From: Eledone cirrhosa
Lineage: Eukaryota
Assembly (NCBI GenBank): GCA_964016885.1
Contig: OZ024741.1
Span: 249,612,001 to 249,676,000, forward strand
DNA: 64,000 nt
Reading direction: 5' to 3'
A model generated the notes under the pieces. It had not been told where the DNA came from. It saw only the letters and a program-made list of their open reading frames with translations, and did no database searches. A program made the translations under genes and the position numbers. The first letter of the stretch is position 1. Every line of letters starts with the position of its first letter. Of the stretch, positions 27,001 to 42,218 are shown piece by piece.

Positions 27001-27633
27001 AAAAAAATCAAGGGGAGATAATTTCCAGCCGTCCAAGGGGAGGTAATATCTAGCCATCCAAGGGGAGATAATTTCCAGCCGTCCAAGGGGAGATAATTTC
27101 CAGCCGTCCAAGGGGAGATAATATCCAGCCGTCCAAGGAGACATATTTTCCAGCCGTCCAAGGAGAGGTAATTTCTAGCCGTCCAAGGGGAGATAAGTTC
27201 CAGCCTCCAAGGGGAGATAATTTCCAGCCAGCCAAGGGGAGATAATTTGTAAAAAAATCAGGGGGAGATAATTTGTAAAAAAAAAATCAGGGGCAGATAA
27301 TTTGTAAAAAAATCAGGGGGAGATAATTTGTAAAAAAAATCAGGGGGAGATAATTTGTAGAAAAAATCAGGGGTAGATAATTTGTAAAAAAAATCAGGGG
27401 GAGATAATTTGTAAAAAAAATCAGGGGGAGATAATTTGTAAAAAAAATCAGGGGTAGATAATTTTCAGCCGTCCAAGGGGAGATAATTTCCATCCTTCCA
27501 AGGGGAGATAATTTCCAGCCGTCCAAGGGGAGATAATTTCCCGCCAGCCAAGGAGAGATAACATTTAAAAAATCAGGCGGAGATAATTTGTAAAAAAAAT
27601 CAGGGGGAGATAATTTGTAAAAAAATCAGGGGG

Positions 27634-30600
27634 AGATAATTTGTAAAAAAAATCAGGGGTAGATAATTTCCAGCCGTCCAAGGGGAGATAATTTCCATCC
27701 TTCCAAGGGGAGATAATTTCCAGCCGTCCAAGGGGAGATAATTTCCCGCCAGCCAAGGAGAGATAATATTTAAAAAAATCAGGCGGAGATAATTTGTAAA
27801 AAAAATCAGGGGGAGATAATTTGTAAAAAAATCAGGGGGAGATAATTTGTAAAAAAAAATCAGGGGGAGATAATTTGTAAAAAAAATCAGGGGGAGATAA
27901 TTTGTAAAAAAAAATCAGGGGTAGATAATTTGTAAAAAAAAATCAGGGGGAGATAATTTGTAAAAAAAAATCAGGGGGAGATAATTTGTAAAAAAATCAA
28001 GGGGAGATAATTTCCAGCCGTCCAAGGGGAGATAATTTTCAGCCGTCCAAGGAGAGGTAATTTCTAGCCGTCCAAGGGGAGAGAATTTCCAGCCGTCCAA
28101 GGGGAGATAATTTTTTTAAAAAAATCAGGCGGAGATAATTTGTAAACAAAAATCAGGGGGAGATAATTTGTAAAAAAAAATCAGGGGGAGATAATTTGTA
28201 AAAAAAAATCAGGGGGAGATAATTTGTAAAAAAAATCAAGGGGAGATAATTTCCAGCCGTCCAAGGGGAGGTAATATCTAGCCATCCAAGGGGAGATAAT
28301 TTCCAGCCGTCCAAGGGGAGATAATTTCCAGCCGTCCAAGGGGAGATAATTTCCATCCTTCCAAGGGGAGATAATTTCCAGCCGTCCAAGGGGAGATAAT
28401 TTCCCGCCAGCCAAGGAGAGATAACATTTAAAAAAATCAGGCGGAGATAATTTGTAAAAAAAATCAGGGGGAGATAATTTGTAAAAAAAAATCAGGGGTA
28501 GATAATTTGTAAAAAAAAATCAGGGGGAGATAATTTGTAAAAAAAATCAGGGGGAGATAATTTGTAAAAAAAATCAAGGGGAGATAATTTGTAAAAAAAA
28601 ATCAGGGGTAGATAATTTGTAAAAAAAAATCAGGGGGAGATAATTTGTAAAAAAAAAATCAGGGGGAGATAATTTGTAAAAAAATCAAGGGGAGATAATT
28701 TCCAGCCGTCCAAGGGGAGATAATTTTCAGCCGTCCAAGGAGAGGTAATTTCTAGCCGTCCAAGGGGAGATAATTTCCATCCAGCCAAGGGGAGATAATT
28801 TGTAAAAAAATCAGGGGTAGATAATTTGTAAAAAAAAATCAGGGGGAGATAATTTGTAAAAAAAATCAGGGGGAGATAATTTGTAAAAAAAATCAGGGGT
28901 AGATAATTTCCAGCCGTCCAAGGGGAGATAATTTCCATCCTTCCAAGGGGAGATAATTTCCAGCCGTCCAAGGGGAGATAATTTCCCGCCAGCCAAGGAG
29001 AGATAACATTTAAAAAAATCAGGCGGAGATAATTTGTAAAAAAAATCAGGGGGAGATAATTTGTAAAAAAATCAGGGGGAGATAATTTGTAAAAAAAATC
29101 AGGGGTAGATAATTTCCAGCCGTCCAAGGGGAGATAATTTCCATCCTTCCAAGGGGAGATAATTTCCAGCCGTCCAAGGGGAGATAATTTCCCGCCAGCC
29201 AAGGAGAGATAATATTTAAAAAAATCAGGCGGAGATAATTTGTAAAAAAAATCAGGGGGAGATAATTTGTAAAAAAATCAGGGGGAGATAATTTGTAAAA
29301 AAAAATCAGGGGAGATAATTTGTAAAAAAAATCAGGGGGTGATAATTTGTAAAAAAAATCAGGGGTAGATAATTTGTAAAAAAAAATCAGGGGGAGATAA
29401 TTTGTAAAAAAAAAATCAGGGGGAGATAATTTGTAAAAAAATCAAGGGGAGATAATTTCCAACCGTCCAAGGGGAGATAATTTTCAGCCGTCCAAGGAGG
29501 TAATTTCTAGCCGTCCAAGGGGAGATAATTTCCAGCCGTCCAAGGGGAGATAATTTTTTTAAAAAAATCAGGCGGAGATAATTTGTAAACAAAAATCAGG
29601 GGGAGATAATTTGTAAAAAAAAATCAGGGGGAGATAATTTGTAAAAAAAATCGAGGGGAGATAATTTCCAGCCGTTCAAGGGGAGGTAATATCTAGCCAT
29701 CCAAAGGGAGATAATTTCCAGCCGTCCAAGGGGAGATAATTTCCAGCCGTCCAAGGGGAGATAATATCCAGCCGTCCAAGGAGACATATTTTCCAGCCGT
29801 CCAAGGAGAGGTAATTTCTAGCCGTCCAAGGGGAGATAAGTTCCAGCCTCCAAGGGGAGATAATTTCCAGCCAGCCAAGGGGAGATAATTTGTAAAAAAA
29901 TCAGGGGGAGATAATTTGTAAAAAAAAAATCAGGGGGAGATAATTTGTAAAAAAATCAGGGGGAGATAATTTGTAAAAAAAAAATCAGGGGGAGATAATT
30001 TGTAAAAAAAATCAGGGGGAGATAATTTGTAGAAAAAATCAGGGGTAGATAATTTGTAAAAAAAATCAGGGGGAGATAATTTGTAAAAAAAATCAGGGGG
30101 AGATAATTTGTAAAAGAAATCAGGGGTAGATAATTTTCAGTCGTCCAAGGGGAGATAATTTCCATCCTTCCAAGGGGAGATAATTTCCAGCCGTCCAAGG
30201 GGAGATAATTTCCCGCCAGCCAAGGAGAGATAACATTTAAAAAAATCAGGCGGAGATAATTTGTAAAAAAAATCAGGGGGAGATAATTTGTAAAAAAATC
30301 AGGGGGAGATAATTTGTAAAAAAAATCAGGGGTAGATAATTTCCAGCCGTCCAAGGGGAGATAATTTCCATCCTTCCAAGGGGAGATAATTTCCAGCCGT
30401 CCAAGGGGAGATAATTTCCCGCCAGCCAAGGAGAGATAATATTTAAAAAAATCAGGCGGAGATAATTTGTAAAAAAAATCAGGGGGAGATAATTTGTAAA
30501 AAAATCAGGGGGAGATAATTTGTAAAAAAAAATCAGGGGGAGATAATTTGTAAAAAAAATCAGGGGGAGATAATTTGTAAAAAAAATCAGGGGTAGATAA

Positions 30601-33600
30601 TTTGTAAAAAAAAATCAGGGGGAGATAATTTGTAAAAAAAAAATCAGGGGGAGATAATTTGTAAAAAAATCAAGGGGAGATAATTTCCAGCCGTCCAAAG
30701 GGAGATAATTTTCAGCCGTCCAAGGAGGTAATTTCTAGCCGTCCAAGGGGAGATAATTTCCAGCCGTCCAAGGGGAGATAATTTTTTTAAAAAAATCAGG
30801 CGGAGATAATTTGTAAACAAAAATCAGGGGGAGATAATTTGTAAAAAAAAATCAGGGGGAGATAATTTGTAAAAAAAAATCAGGGGGAGATAATTTGTAA
30901 AAAAAATCAAGGGGAGATAATTTCCAGCCGTCCAAGGGGAGGTAATATCTAGCCATCCAAGGGGAGATAATTTCCAGCCGTCCAAGGGGAGATAATTTCC
31001 AGCCGTCCAAGGGGAGATAATATCCAGCCGTCCAAGGAGACATATTTTCCAGCCGTCCAAGGAGAGGTAATTTCTAGCCGTCCAAGGGGAGATAAGTTCC
31101 AGCCTCCAAGGGGAGATAATTTCCAGCCAGCCAAGGGGAGATAATTTGTAAAAAAATCAGGGGGAGATAATTTGTAAAAAAAAAATCAGGGGGAGATAAT
31201 TTGTAAAAAAATCAGGGGGAGATAATTTGTAAAAAAAAATCAGGGGGAGATAATTTGTAAAAAAAATCAGGGGGAGATAATTTGTAAAAAAAATCAGGGG
31301 TAGATAATTTGTAAAAAAAATCAGGGGGAGATAATTTGTAAAAAAAATCAGGGGGAGATAATTTGTAAAAAAAATCAGGGGTAGATAATTTTCAGCCGTC
31401 CAAGGGGAGATAATTTCCATCCTTCCAAGGGGAGATAATTTCCAGCCGTCCAAGGGGAGATAATTTCCCGCCAGCCAAGGAGAGATAACATTTAAAAAAA
31501 TCAGGCGGAGATAATTTGTAAAAAAAATCAGGGGGAGATAATTTGTAAAAAAATCAGGGGGAGATAATTTGTAAAAAAAATCAGGGGTAGATAATTTCCA
31601 GCCGTCCAAGGGGAGATAATTTCCATCCTTCCAAGGGGAGATAATTTCCAGCCGTCCAAGGGGAGATAATTTCCCGCCAGCCAAGGAGAGATAATATTTA
31701 AAAAAATCAGGCGGAGATAATTTGTAAAAAAAATCAGGGGGAGATAATTTGTAAAAAAATCAGGGGGAGATAATTTGTAAAAAAAAATCAGGGGGAGATA
31801 ATTTGTAAAAAAAATCAGGGGGAGATAATTTGTAAAAAAAAATCAGGGGTAGATAATTTGTAAAAAAAAATCAGGGGGAGATAATTTGTAAAAAAATCAA
31901 GGGGAGATAATTTCCAGCCGTCCAAGGGGAGATAATTTTCAGCCGTCCAAGGAGAGGTAATTTCTAGCCGTCCAAGGGGAGATAATTTCCAGCCGTCCAA
32001 GGGGAGATAATTTTTTAAAAAAATCAGGCGGAGATAATTTGTAAACAAAAATCAGGGGGAGATAATTTGTAAAAAAAAATCAGGGGGAGATAATTTGTAA
32101 AAAAAAATCAGGGGGAGATAATTTGTAAAAAAAATCAAGGGGAGATAATTTCCAGCCGTCCAAGGGGAGGTAATATCTAGCCATCCAAGGGGAGATAATT
32201 TCCAGCCGTCCAAGGGGAGATAATTTCCAGCCGTCCAAGGGGAGATAATATCCAGCCGTCCAAGGAGACATATTTTCCAGCCGTCCAAGGAGACGTAATT
32301 TCTAGCCGTCCAAGGGGAGATAAGTTCCAGCCTCCAAGGGGAGATAATTTCCAGCCAGCCAAGGGGAGATAATTTGTAAAAAAATTAGGGGGAGAAAATT
32401 TGTAAAAAAAAATTAGGGGGAGATAATTTGTAAAAAAAAATCAGGGGGAGATAATTTGTAAAAAAAAATCAGGGGGAGATAATTTGTAAAAAAAATCAAG
32501 GGGAGATAATTTCCAGCCGTCCAAGGGGAGATAATTTTCAGCCGTCCAAGGAGAGGTAAATTCTAGCCGTCCAAGGAGATATAATTTCCAGCCGTCCAAG
32601 GGGAGATAATTTCCAGCCGTCCAAGGGGAGATAATTTTTAAAAAAAAATCAGGCGGAGATAATTTGTAAACAAAAATCAGGGGGAGATAATTTTTAAAAA
32701 AAAATCAGGGGGAGATAATTTGTAAAAAAAAATCAGGGGGAGATAATTTGTAAAAAAAATCAAGGGGAGATAATTTCCAGCCGTCCAAGGGGAGGTAATA
32801 TCTAGCCATCCAAGGGGAGATAATTTCCAGCCGTCCAAGGGGAGATAATTTCCAGCCGTCCAAGGGGAGATAATATCCAGCCGTCCAAGGAGACATATTT
32901 TCCAGCCGTCCAAGGAGAGGTAATTTCTAGCCGTCCAAGGGGAGATAAGTTCCAGCCTCCAAGGGGAGATAATTTCCAGCCAGCCAAGGGGAGATAATTT
33001 GTAAAAAAATCAGGGGGGAGATAATTTGTAAAAAAAATCAGGGGGAGATAATTTGAAAAAAAAATCAGGGGGAGATAATTTGTAAAAAATATCAAGGGGA
33101 GATAATTTCCAGCCGTCCAAGGGGAGATAATTTCCAGCCGTCCAAGGGGAGATAATTTTTTTAAAAAAATCAGGCGGAGATAATTTGTAAACAAAAATCA
33201 GGGGGAGATAATTTGTAAAAAAAAATCAGGGGGAGATAATTTGTAAAAAAAATCAAGGGGAGATAATTTCCAGCCGTCCAAGGGGAGGTAATATCTAGCC
33301 ATCCAAAGGGAGATAATTTCCAGCCGTCCAAGGGGAGATAATTTCCAGCCGTCCAAGGGGAGATAATATCCAGCCGTCCAAGGAGACATATTTTCCAGCC
33401 GTCCAAGGAGAGGTAATTTCTAGCCGTCCAAGGGGAGATAAGTTCCAGCCTCCAAGGGGAGATAATTTCCAGCCAGCCAAGGGGAGATAATTTGTAAAAA
33501 AATCAGGGGGAGATAATTTGTAAAAAAAAAATCAGGGGGAGATAATTTGTAAAAAAATCAGGGGGAGATAATTTGTAAAAAAAAAATCAGGGGGAGATAA

Positions 33601-36600
33601 TTTGTAGAAAAAATCAGGGGTTGATAATTTGTAAAAAAAATCAGGGGGAGATAATTTGTAAAAAAAATCAGGGGGAGATAATTTGTAAAAGAAATCAGGG
33701 GTAGATAATTTTCAGTCGTCCAAGGGGAGATAATTTCCATCCTTCCAAGGGGAGATAATTTCCAGCCGTCCAAGGGGAGATAATTTCCCGCCAGCCAAGG
33801 AGAGATAACATTTAAAAAAATCAGGCGGAGATAATTTGTAAAAAAAATCAGGGGGAGATAATTTGTAAAAAAATCAGGGGGAGATAATTTGTAAAAAAAA
33901 TCAGGGGTAGATAATTTCCAGCCGTCCAAGGGGAGATAATTTCCATCCTTCCAAGGGGAGATAATTTCCAGCCGTCCAAGGGGAGATAATTTCCCGCCAG
34001 CCAAGGAGAGATAATATTTAAAAAAATCAGGCGGAGATAATTTGTAAAAAAAATCAGGGGGAGATAATTTGTAAAAAAATCAGGGGGAGATAATTTGTAA
34101 AAAAAAATCAGGGGGAGATAATTTGTAAAAAAAATCAGGGGGAGATAATTTGTAAAAAAAAATCAGGGGTAGATAATTTGTAAAAAAAAATCAGGGGGAG
34201 ATAATTTGTAAAAAAAAATCAGGGGGAGATAATTTGTAAAAAAATCAAGGGGAGATAATTTCCAGCCGTCCAAGGGGAGATAATTTTCAGCCGTCCAAGG
34301 AGAGGTAATTTCTAGCCGTCCAAGGGGAGATAATTTCCAGCCGTCCAAGGGGAGATAATTTTTTTAAAAAAATCAGGCGGAGATAATTTGTAAACAAAAA
34401 TCAGGGGGAGATAATTTGTAAAAAAAAATCAGGGGGAGATAATTTGTAAAAAAAAATCAGGGGGAGATAATTTGTAAAAAAAATCAAGGGGAGATAATTT
34501 CCAGCCGTCCAAGGGGAGGTAATATCTAGCCATCCAAGGGGAGATAATTTCCAGCCGTCCAAGGGGAGATAATTTCCAGACGTCCAAGGGGAGATAATAT
34601 CCAGCCGTCCAAGGAGACATATTTTCCAGCCGTCCAAGGAGAGGTAATTTCTAGCCGTCCAAGGGGAGATAAGTTCCAGCCTCCAAGGGGAGATAATTTC
34701 CAGCCAGCCAAGGGGAGATAATTTGTAAAAAAATCAGGGGGAGATAATTTGTAAAAAAAAAATCAGGGGGAGATAATTTGTAAAAAAATCAGGGGGAGAT
34801 AATTTGTAAAAAAAAATCAGGGGGAGATAATTTGTAAAAAAAATCAGGTGGAGATAATTTGTAAAAAAAATCAGGGGTAGATAATTTGTAAAAAAAATCA
34901 GGGGGAGATAATTTGTAAAAAAAATCAGGGGGAGATAATTTGTAAAAAAAATCAGGGGTAGATAATTTTCAGCCGTCCAAGGGGAGATAATTTCCATCCT
35001 TCCAAGGGGAGATAATTTCCAGCCGTCCAAGGGGAGATAATTTCCCGCCAGCCAAGGAGAGATAACATTTAAAAAAATCAGGCGGAGATAATTTGTAAAA
35101 AAAATCAGGGGGAGATAATTTGTAAAAAAATCAGGGGGAGATAATTTGTAAAAAAAATCAGGGGTAGATAATTTCCAGCCGTCCAAGGGGAGATAATTTC
35201 CATCCTTCCAAGGGGAGATAATTTCCAGCCGTCCAAGGGGAGATAATTTCCCGCCAGCCAAGGAGAGATAATATTTAAAAAAATCAGGCGGAGATAATTT
35301 GTAAAAAAAATCAGGGGGAGATAATTTGTAAAAAAATCAGGGGGAGATAATTTGTAAAAAAAAATCAGGGGGAGATAATTTGTAAAAAAAATCAGGGGGA
35401 GATAATTTGTAAAAAAAAATCAGGGGTAGATAATTTGTAAAAAAAAATCAGGGGGAGATAATTTGTAAAAAAATCAAGGGGAGATAATTTCCAGCCGTCC
35501 AAGGGGAGATAATTTTCAGCCGTCCAAGGAGAGGTAATTTCTAGCCGTCCAAGGGGAGATAATTTCCAGCCGTCCAAGGGGAGATAATTTTTTAAAAAAA
35601 TCAGGCGGAGATAATTTGTAAACAAAAATCAGGGGGAGATAATTTGTAAAAAAAAATCAGGGGGAGATAATTTGTAAAAAAAAATCAGGGGGAGATAATT
35701 TGTAAAAAAAATCAAGGGGAGATAATTTCCAGCCGTCCAAGGGGAGGTAATATCTAGCCATCCAAGGGGAGATAATTTCCAGCCGTCCAAGGGGAGATAA
35801 TTTCCAGCCGTCCAAGGGGAGATAATATCCAGCCGTCCAAGGAGACATATTTTCCAGCCGTCCAAGGAGACGTAATTTCTAGCCGTCCAAGGGGAGATAA
35901 GTTCCAGCCTCCAAGGGGAGATAATTTCCAGCCAGCCAAGGGGAGATAATTTGTAAAAAAATTAGGGGGAGATAATTTGTAAAAAAAAATTAGGGGGAGA
36001 TAATTTGTAAAAAAAAATCAGGGGGAGATAATTTGTAAAAAAAAATCAGGGGGAGATAATTTGTAAAAAAAATCAAGGGGAGATAATTTCCAGCCGTCCA
36101 AGGGGAGATAATTTTCAGCCGTCCAAGGAGAGGTAAATTCTAGCCGTCCAAGGAGATATAATTTCCAGCCGTCCAAGGGGAGATAATTTCCAGCCGTCCA
36201 AGGGGAGATAATTTTAAAAAAAAAATCAGGCGGAGATAATTTGTAAACAAAAATCAGGGGGAGATAATTTTTAAAAAAAAATCAGGGGGAGATAATTTGT
36301 AAAAAAAAATCAGGGGGAGATAATTTGTAAAAAAAATCAAGGGGAGATAATTTCCAGCCGTCCAAGGGGAGGTAATATCTAGCCATCCAAGGGGAGATAA
36401 TTTCCTGCCGTCCAAGGGGAGATAATTTCCAGCCGTCCAAGGGGAGATAATATCCAGCCGTCCAAGGAGACATATTTTCCAGCCGTCCAAGGAGAGGTAA
36501 TTTCTAGCCGTCCAAGGGGAGATAAGTTCCAGCCTCCAAGGGGAGATAATTTCCAGCCAGCCAAGGGGAGATAATTTGTAAAAAAATCAGGGGGGAGATA

Positions 36601-39600
36601 ATTTGTAAAAAAAATCAGGGGGAGATAATTTGAAAAAAAAATCAGGGGGAGATAATTTGTAAAAAATATCAAGGGGAGATAATTTCCAGCCCTCCAAGGG
36701 GCTATAATTTCCAGCCGTGCAAGGGGAGATAATTTCCAGCCGTCCAAGGGGAGATAATTTCCATCCTTCCAAGGGGAGATAATTTCCAGCCGTCCAAGGG
36801 GAGATAATTTCCCGCCAGCCAAGGGAAGATAATTTTTTAAAAAATCAGGCGGAGATTGTAAAAAAAATCAGGGGGAGATAATTTGTAAAAAAAATCAGGG
36901 GGAGATAATTTGTAAAAAAAATCAGGGGGAGATAATTTGTAAAAAAAATCAGGGGTAGATAATTTTCAGCCGTCCAAGGGGAGATAATTTCCATCCTTCC
37001 AAGGGGAGATAATTTCCAGCCGTCCAAGGGGAGATAATTTCCATCCTTCCAAGGGGAGATAATTTCCAGCCGTCCAAGGGGAGATAATTTCCCGCCAGCC
37101 AAGGAGAGATAATATTTAAAAAAATCAGGCGGAGATAATTTGTAAAAAAAATCAGGGGGAGATAATTTGTAAAAAAATCAGGGGGAGATAATTTGTAAAA
37201 AAAAATCAGGGGGAGATAATTTGTAAAAAAAATCAGGGGGAGATAATTTGTAAAAAAAAATCAGGGGTAGATAATTTGTAAAAAAAAATCAGGGGGAGAT
37301 AATTTGTAAAAAAAAAATCAGGGGGAGATAATTTGTAAAAAAATCAAGGGGAGATAATTTCCAGCCGTCCAAGGGGAGATAATTTTCAGCCGTCCAAGGA
37401 GAGGTAATTTCTAGCCGTCCAAGGGGAGATAATTTCCAGCCGTCCAAGGGGAGATAATTTTTTTAAAAAAATCAGGCGGAGATAATTTGTAAACAAAAAT
37501 CAGGGGGAGATAATTTGTAAAAAAAAATCAGGGGGAGATAATTTGTAAAAAAAAATCAGGGGGAGATAATTTGTAAAAAAAATCAAGGGGAGATAATTTC
37601 CAGCCGTCCAAGGGGAGGTAATATCTAGCCATCCAAGGGGAGATAATTTCCAGCCGTCCAAGGGGAGATAATTTCCAGCCGTCCAAGGGGAGATAATATC
37701 CAGCCGTCCAAGGAGACATATTTTCCAGCCGTCCAAGGAGACGTAATTTCTAGCCGTCCAAGGGGAGATAAGTTCCAGACTCCAAGGGGAGATAATTTCC
37801 AGCCAGCCAAGGGGAGATAATTTGTAAAAAAATTAGGGGGAGATAATTTGTAAAAAAAAATTAGGGGGAGATAATTTGTAAAAAAAAATCAGGGGGAGAT
37901 AATTTGTAAAAAAAAATCAGGGGGAGATAATTTGTAAAAAAAATCAAGGGGAGATAATTTCCAGCCGTCCAAGGGGAGGTAATATCTAGCCATCCAAGGG
38001 GAGATAATTTCCAGCCGTCCAAGGGGAGATAATTTCCAGCCGTCCAAGGGGAGATAATATCCAGCCGTCCAAGGAGACATATTTTCCAGCCGTCCAAGGA
38101 GAGGTAATTTCTAGCCGTCCAAGGGGAGATAAGTTCCAGCCTCCAAGGGGAGATAATTTCCAGCCAGCCAAGGGGAGATAATTTGTAAAAAAATCAGGGG
38201 GGAGATAATTTGTAAAAAAAATCAGGGGGAGATAATTTGAAAAAAAAATCAGGGGGAGATAATTTGTAAAAAATATCAAGGGGAGATAATTTCCAGCCGT
38301 CCAAGGGGAGATAATTTCCAGCCGTCCAAGGGGAGATAATTTTTTTAAAAAAATCAGGCGGAGATAATTTGTAAACAAAAATCAGGGGGAGATAATTTGT
38401 AAAAAAAAATCAGGGGGAGATAATTTGTAAAAAAAATCAAGGGGAGATAATTTCCAGCCGTCCAAGGGGAGGTAATATCTAGCCATCCAAAGGGAGATAA
38501 TTTCCAGCCGTCCAAGGGGAGATAATTTCCAGCCGTCCAAGGGGAGATAATATCCAGCCGTCCAAGGAGACATATTTTCCAGCCGTCCAAGGAGAGGTAA
38601 TTTCTAGCCGTCCAAGGGGAGATAAGTTCCAGCCTCCAAGGGGAGATAATTTCCAGCCAGCCAAGGGGAGATAATTTGTAAAAAAATCAGGGGGAGATAA
38701 TTTGTAAAAAAAAAATCAGGGGGAGATAATTTGTAAAAAAATCAGGGGGAGATAATTTGTAAAAAAAAAATCAGGGGGAGATAATTTGTAGAAAAAATCA
38801 GGGGTTGATAATTTGTAAAAAAAATCAGGGGGAGATAATTTGTAAAAAAAATCAGGGGGAGATAATTTGTAAAAGAAATCAGGGGTAGATAATTTTCAGT
38901 CGTCCAAGGGGAGATAATTTCCATCCTTCCAAGGGGAGATAATTTCCAGCCGTCCAAGGGGAGATAATTTCCCGCCAGCCAAGGAGAGATAACATTTAAA
39001 AAAATCAGGCGGAGATAATTTGTAAAAAAAATCAGGGGGAGATAATTTGTAAAAAAATCAGGGGGAGATAATTTGTAAAAAAAATCAGGGGTAGATAATT
39101 TCCAGCCGTCCAAGGGGAGATAATTTCCATCCTTCCAAGGGGAGATAATTTCCAGCCGTCCAAGGGGAGATAATTTCCCGCCAGCCAAGGAGAGATAATA
39201 TTTAAAAAAATCAGGCGGAGATAATTTGTAAAAAAAATCAGGGGGAGATAATTTGTAAAAAAATCAGGGGGAGATAATTTGTAAAAAAAAATCAGGGGGA
39301 GATAATTTGTAAAAAAAATCAGGGGGAGATAATTTGTAAAAAAAAATCAGGGGTAGATAATTTGTAAAAAAAAATCAGGGGGAGATAATTTGTAAAAAAA
39401 AATCAGGGGGAGATAATTTGTAAAAAAATCAAGGGGAGATAATTTCCAGCCGTCCAAGGGGAGATAATTTTCAGCCGTCCAAGGAGAGGTAATTTCTAGC
39501 CGTCCAAGGGGAGATAATTTCCAGCCGTCCAAGGGGAGATAATTTTTTTAAAAAAATCAGGCGGAGATAATTTGTAAACAAAAATCAGGGGGAGATAATT

Positions 39601-42218
39601 TGTAAAAAAAAATCAGGGGGAGATAATTTGTAAAAAAAAATCAGGGGGAGATAATTTGTAAAAAAAATCAAGGGGAGATAATTTCCAGCCGTCCAAGGGG
39701 AGGTAATATCTAGCCATCCAAGGGGAGATAATTTCCAGCCGTCCAAGGGGAGATAATTTCCAGACGTCCAAGGGGAGATAATATCCAGCCGTCCAAGGAG
39801 ACATATTTTCCAGCCGTCCAAGGAGAGGTAATTTCTAGCCGTCCAAGGGGAGATAAGTTCCAGCCTCCAAGGGGAGATAATTTCCAGCCAGCCAAGGGGA
39901 GATAATTTGTAAAAAAATCAGGGGGAGATAATTTGTAAAAAAAAAATCAGGGGGAGATAATTTGTAAAAAAATCAGGGGGAGATAATTTGTAAAAAAAAA
40001 TCAGGGGGAGATAATTTGTAAAAAAAATCAGGTGGAGATAATTTGTAAAAAAAATCAGGGGTAGATAATTTGTAAAAAAAATCAGGGGGAGATAATTTGT
40101 AAAAAAAATCAGGGGGAGATAATTTGTAAAAAAAATCAGGGGTAGATAATTTTCAGCCGTCCAAGGGGAGATAATTTCCATCCTTCCAAGGGGAGATAAT
40201 TTCCAGCCGTCCAAGGGGAGATAATTTCCCGCCAGCCAAGGAGAGATAACATTTAAAAAAATCAGGCGGAGATAATTTGTAAAAAAAATCAGGGGGAGAT
40301 AATTTGTAAAAAAATCAGGGGGAGATAATTTGTAAAAAAAATCAGGGGTAGATAATTTCCAGCCGTCCAAGGGGAGATAATTTCCATCCTTCCAAGGGGA
40401 GATAATTTCCAGCCGTCCAAGGGGAGATAATTTCCCGCCAGCCAAGGAGAGATAATATTTAAAAAAATCAGGCGGAGATAATTTGTAAAAAAAATCAGGG
40501 GGAGATAATTTGTAAAAAAATCAGGGGGAGATAATTTGTAAAAAAAAATCAGGGGGAGATAATTTGTAAAAAAAATCAGGGGGAGATAATTTGTAAAAAA
40601 AATCAGGGGTAGATAATTTGTAAAAAAATATCAGGGGGAGATAATTTGTAAAAAAATCAAGGGGAGATAATTTCCAGCCGTCCAAGGGGAGATAATTTTC
40701 AGCCGTCCAAGGAGAGGTAATTTCTAGCCGTCCAAGGGGAGATAATTTCCAGCCGTCCAAGGGGAGATAATTTTTTAAAAAAATCAGGCGGAGATAATTT
40801 GTAAACAAAAATCAGGGGGAGATAATTTGTAAAAAAAAATCAGGGGGAGATAATTTGTAAAAAAAAATCAGGGGGAGATAATTTGTAAAAAAAATCAAGG
40901 GGAGATAATTTCCAGCCGTCCAAGGGGAGGTAATATCTAGCCATCCAAGGGGAGATAATTTCCAGCCGTCCAAGGGGAGATAATTTCCAGCCGTCCAAGG
41001 GGAGATAATATCCAGCCGTCCAAGGAGACATATTTTCCAGCCGTCCAAGGAGACGTAATTTCTAGCCGTCCAAGGGGAGATAAGTTCCAGCCTCCAAGGG
41101 GAGATAATTTCCAGCCAGCCAAGGGGAGATAATTTGTAAAAAAATTAGGGGGAGATAATTTGTAAAAAAAAATTAGGGGGAGATAATTTGTAAAAAAAAA
41201 TCAGGGGGAGATAATTTGTAAAAAAAAATCAGGGGGAGATAATTTGTAAAAAAAATCAAGGGGAGATAATTTCCAGCCGTCCAAGGGGAGATAATTTTCA
41301 GCCGTCCAAGGAGAGGTAAATTCTAGCCGTCCAAGGAGATATAATTTCCAGCCGTCCAAGGGGAGATAATTTCCAGCCGTCCAAGGGGAGATAATTTTAA
41401 AAAAAAAATCAGGCGGAGATAATTTGTAAACAAAAATCAGGGGGAGATAATTTTTAAAAAAAAATCAGGGGGAGATAATTTGTAAAAAAAAATCAGGGGG
41501 AGATAATTTGTAAAAAAAATCAAGGGGAGATAATTTCCAGCCGTCCAAGGGGAGGTAATATCTAGCCATCCAAGGGGAGATAATTTCCTGCCGTCCAAGG
41601 GGAGATAATTTCCAGCCGTCCAAGGGGAGATAATATCCAGCCGTCCAAGGAGACATATTTTCCAGCCGTCCAAGGAGAGGTAATTTCTAGCCGTCCAAGG
41701 GGAGATAAGTTCCAGCCTCCAAGGGGAGATAATTTCCAGCCAGCCAAGGGGAGATAATTTGTAAAAAAATCAGGGGGGAGATAATTTGTAAAAAAAATCA
41801 GGGGGAGATAATTTGAAAAAAAAATCAGGGGGAGATAATTTGTAAAAAATATCAAGGGGAGATAATTTCCAGCCCTCCAAGGGGCTATAATTTCCAGCCG
41901 TGCAAGGGGAGATAATTTCCAGCCGTCCAAGGGGAGATAATTTCCATCCTTCCAAGGGGAGATAATTTCCAGCCGTCCAAGGGGAGATAATTTCCCGCCA
42001 GCCAAGGGAAGATAATTTTTTAAAAAATCAGGCGGAGATTGTAAAAAAAATCAGGGGGAGATAATTTGTGAAAAAAATCAGGGGGAGATAATTTGTAAAA
42101 AAAATCAGGGGGAGATAATTTGTAAAAAAAATCAGGGGTAGATAATTTTCAGCCGTCCAAGGGGAGATAATTTCCATCCTTCCAAGGGGAGATAATTTCC
42201 AGCCGTCCAAGGGGAGAT
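27634..42218. repeat. ~14.6 kb near-identical copy of ~8630-23215 (offset 19004/19003)
   Basis: Offsets: 8911->27915, 9626->28630, 12153->31157, 18857->37861, then 23025->42028 after a 1-bp A-tract loss near 40600. Variants GGAGAAAATTT (13391/32395) and TTTGTGAAAA (23066/42069) were seen only in this pair. Confidence 0.92.
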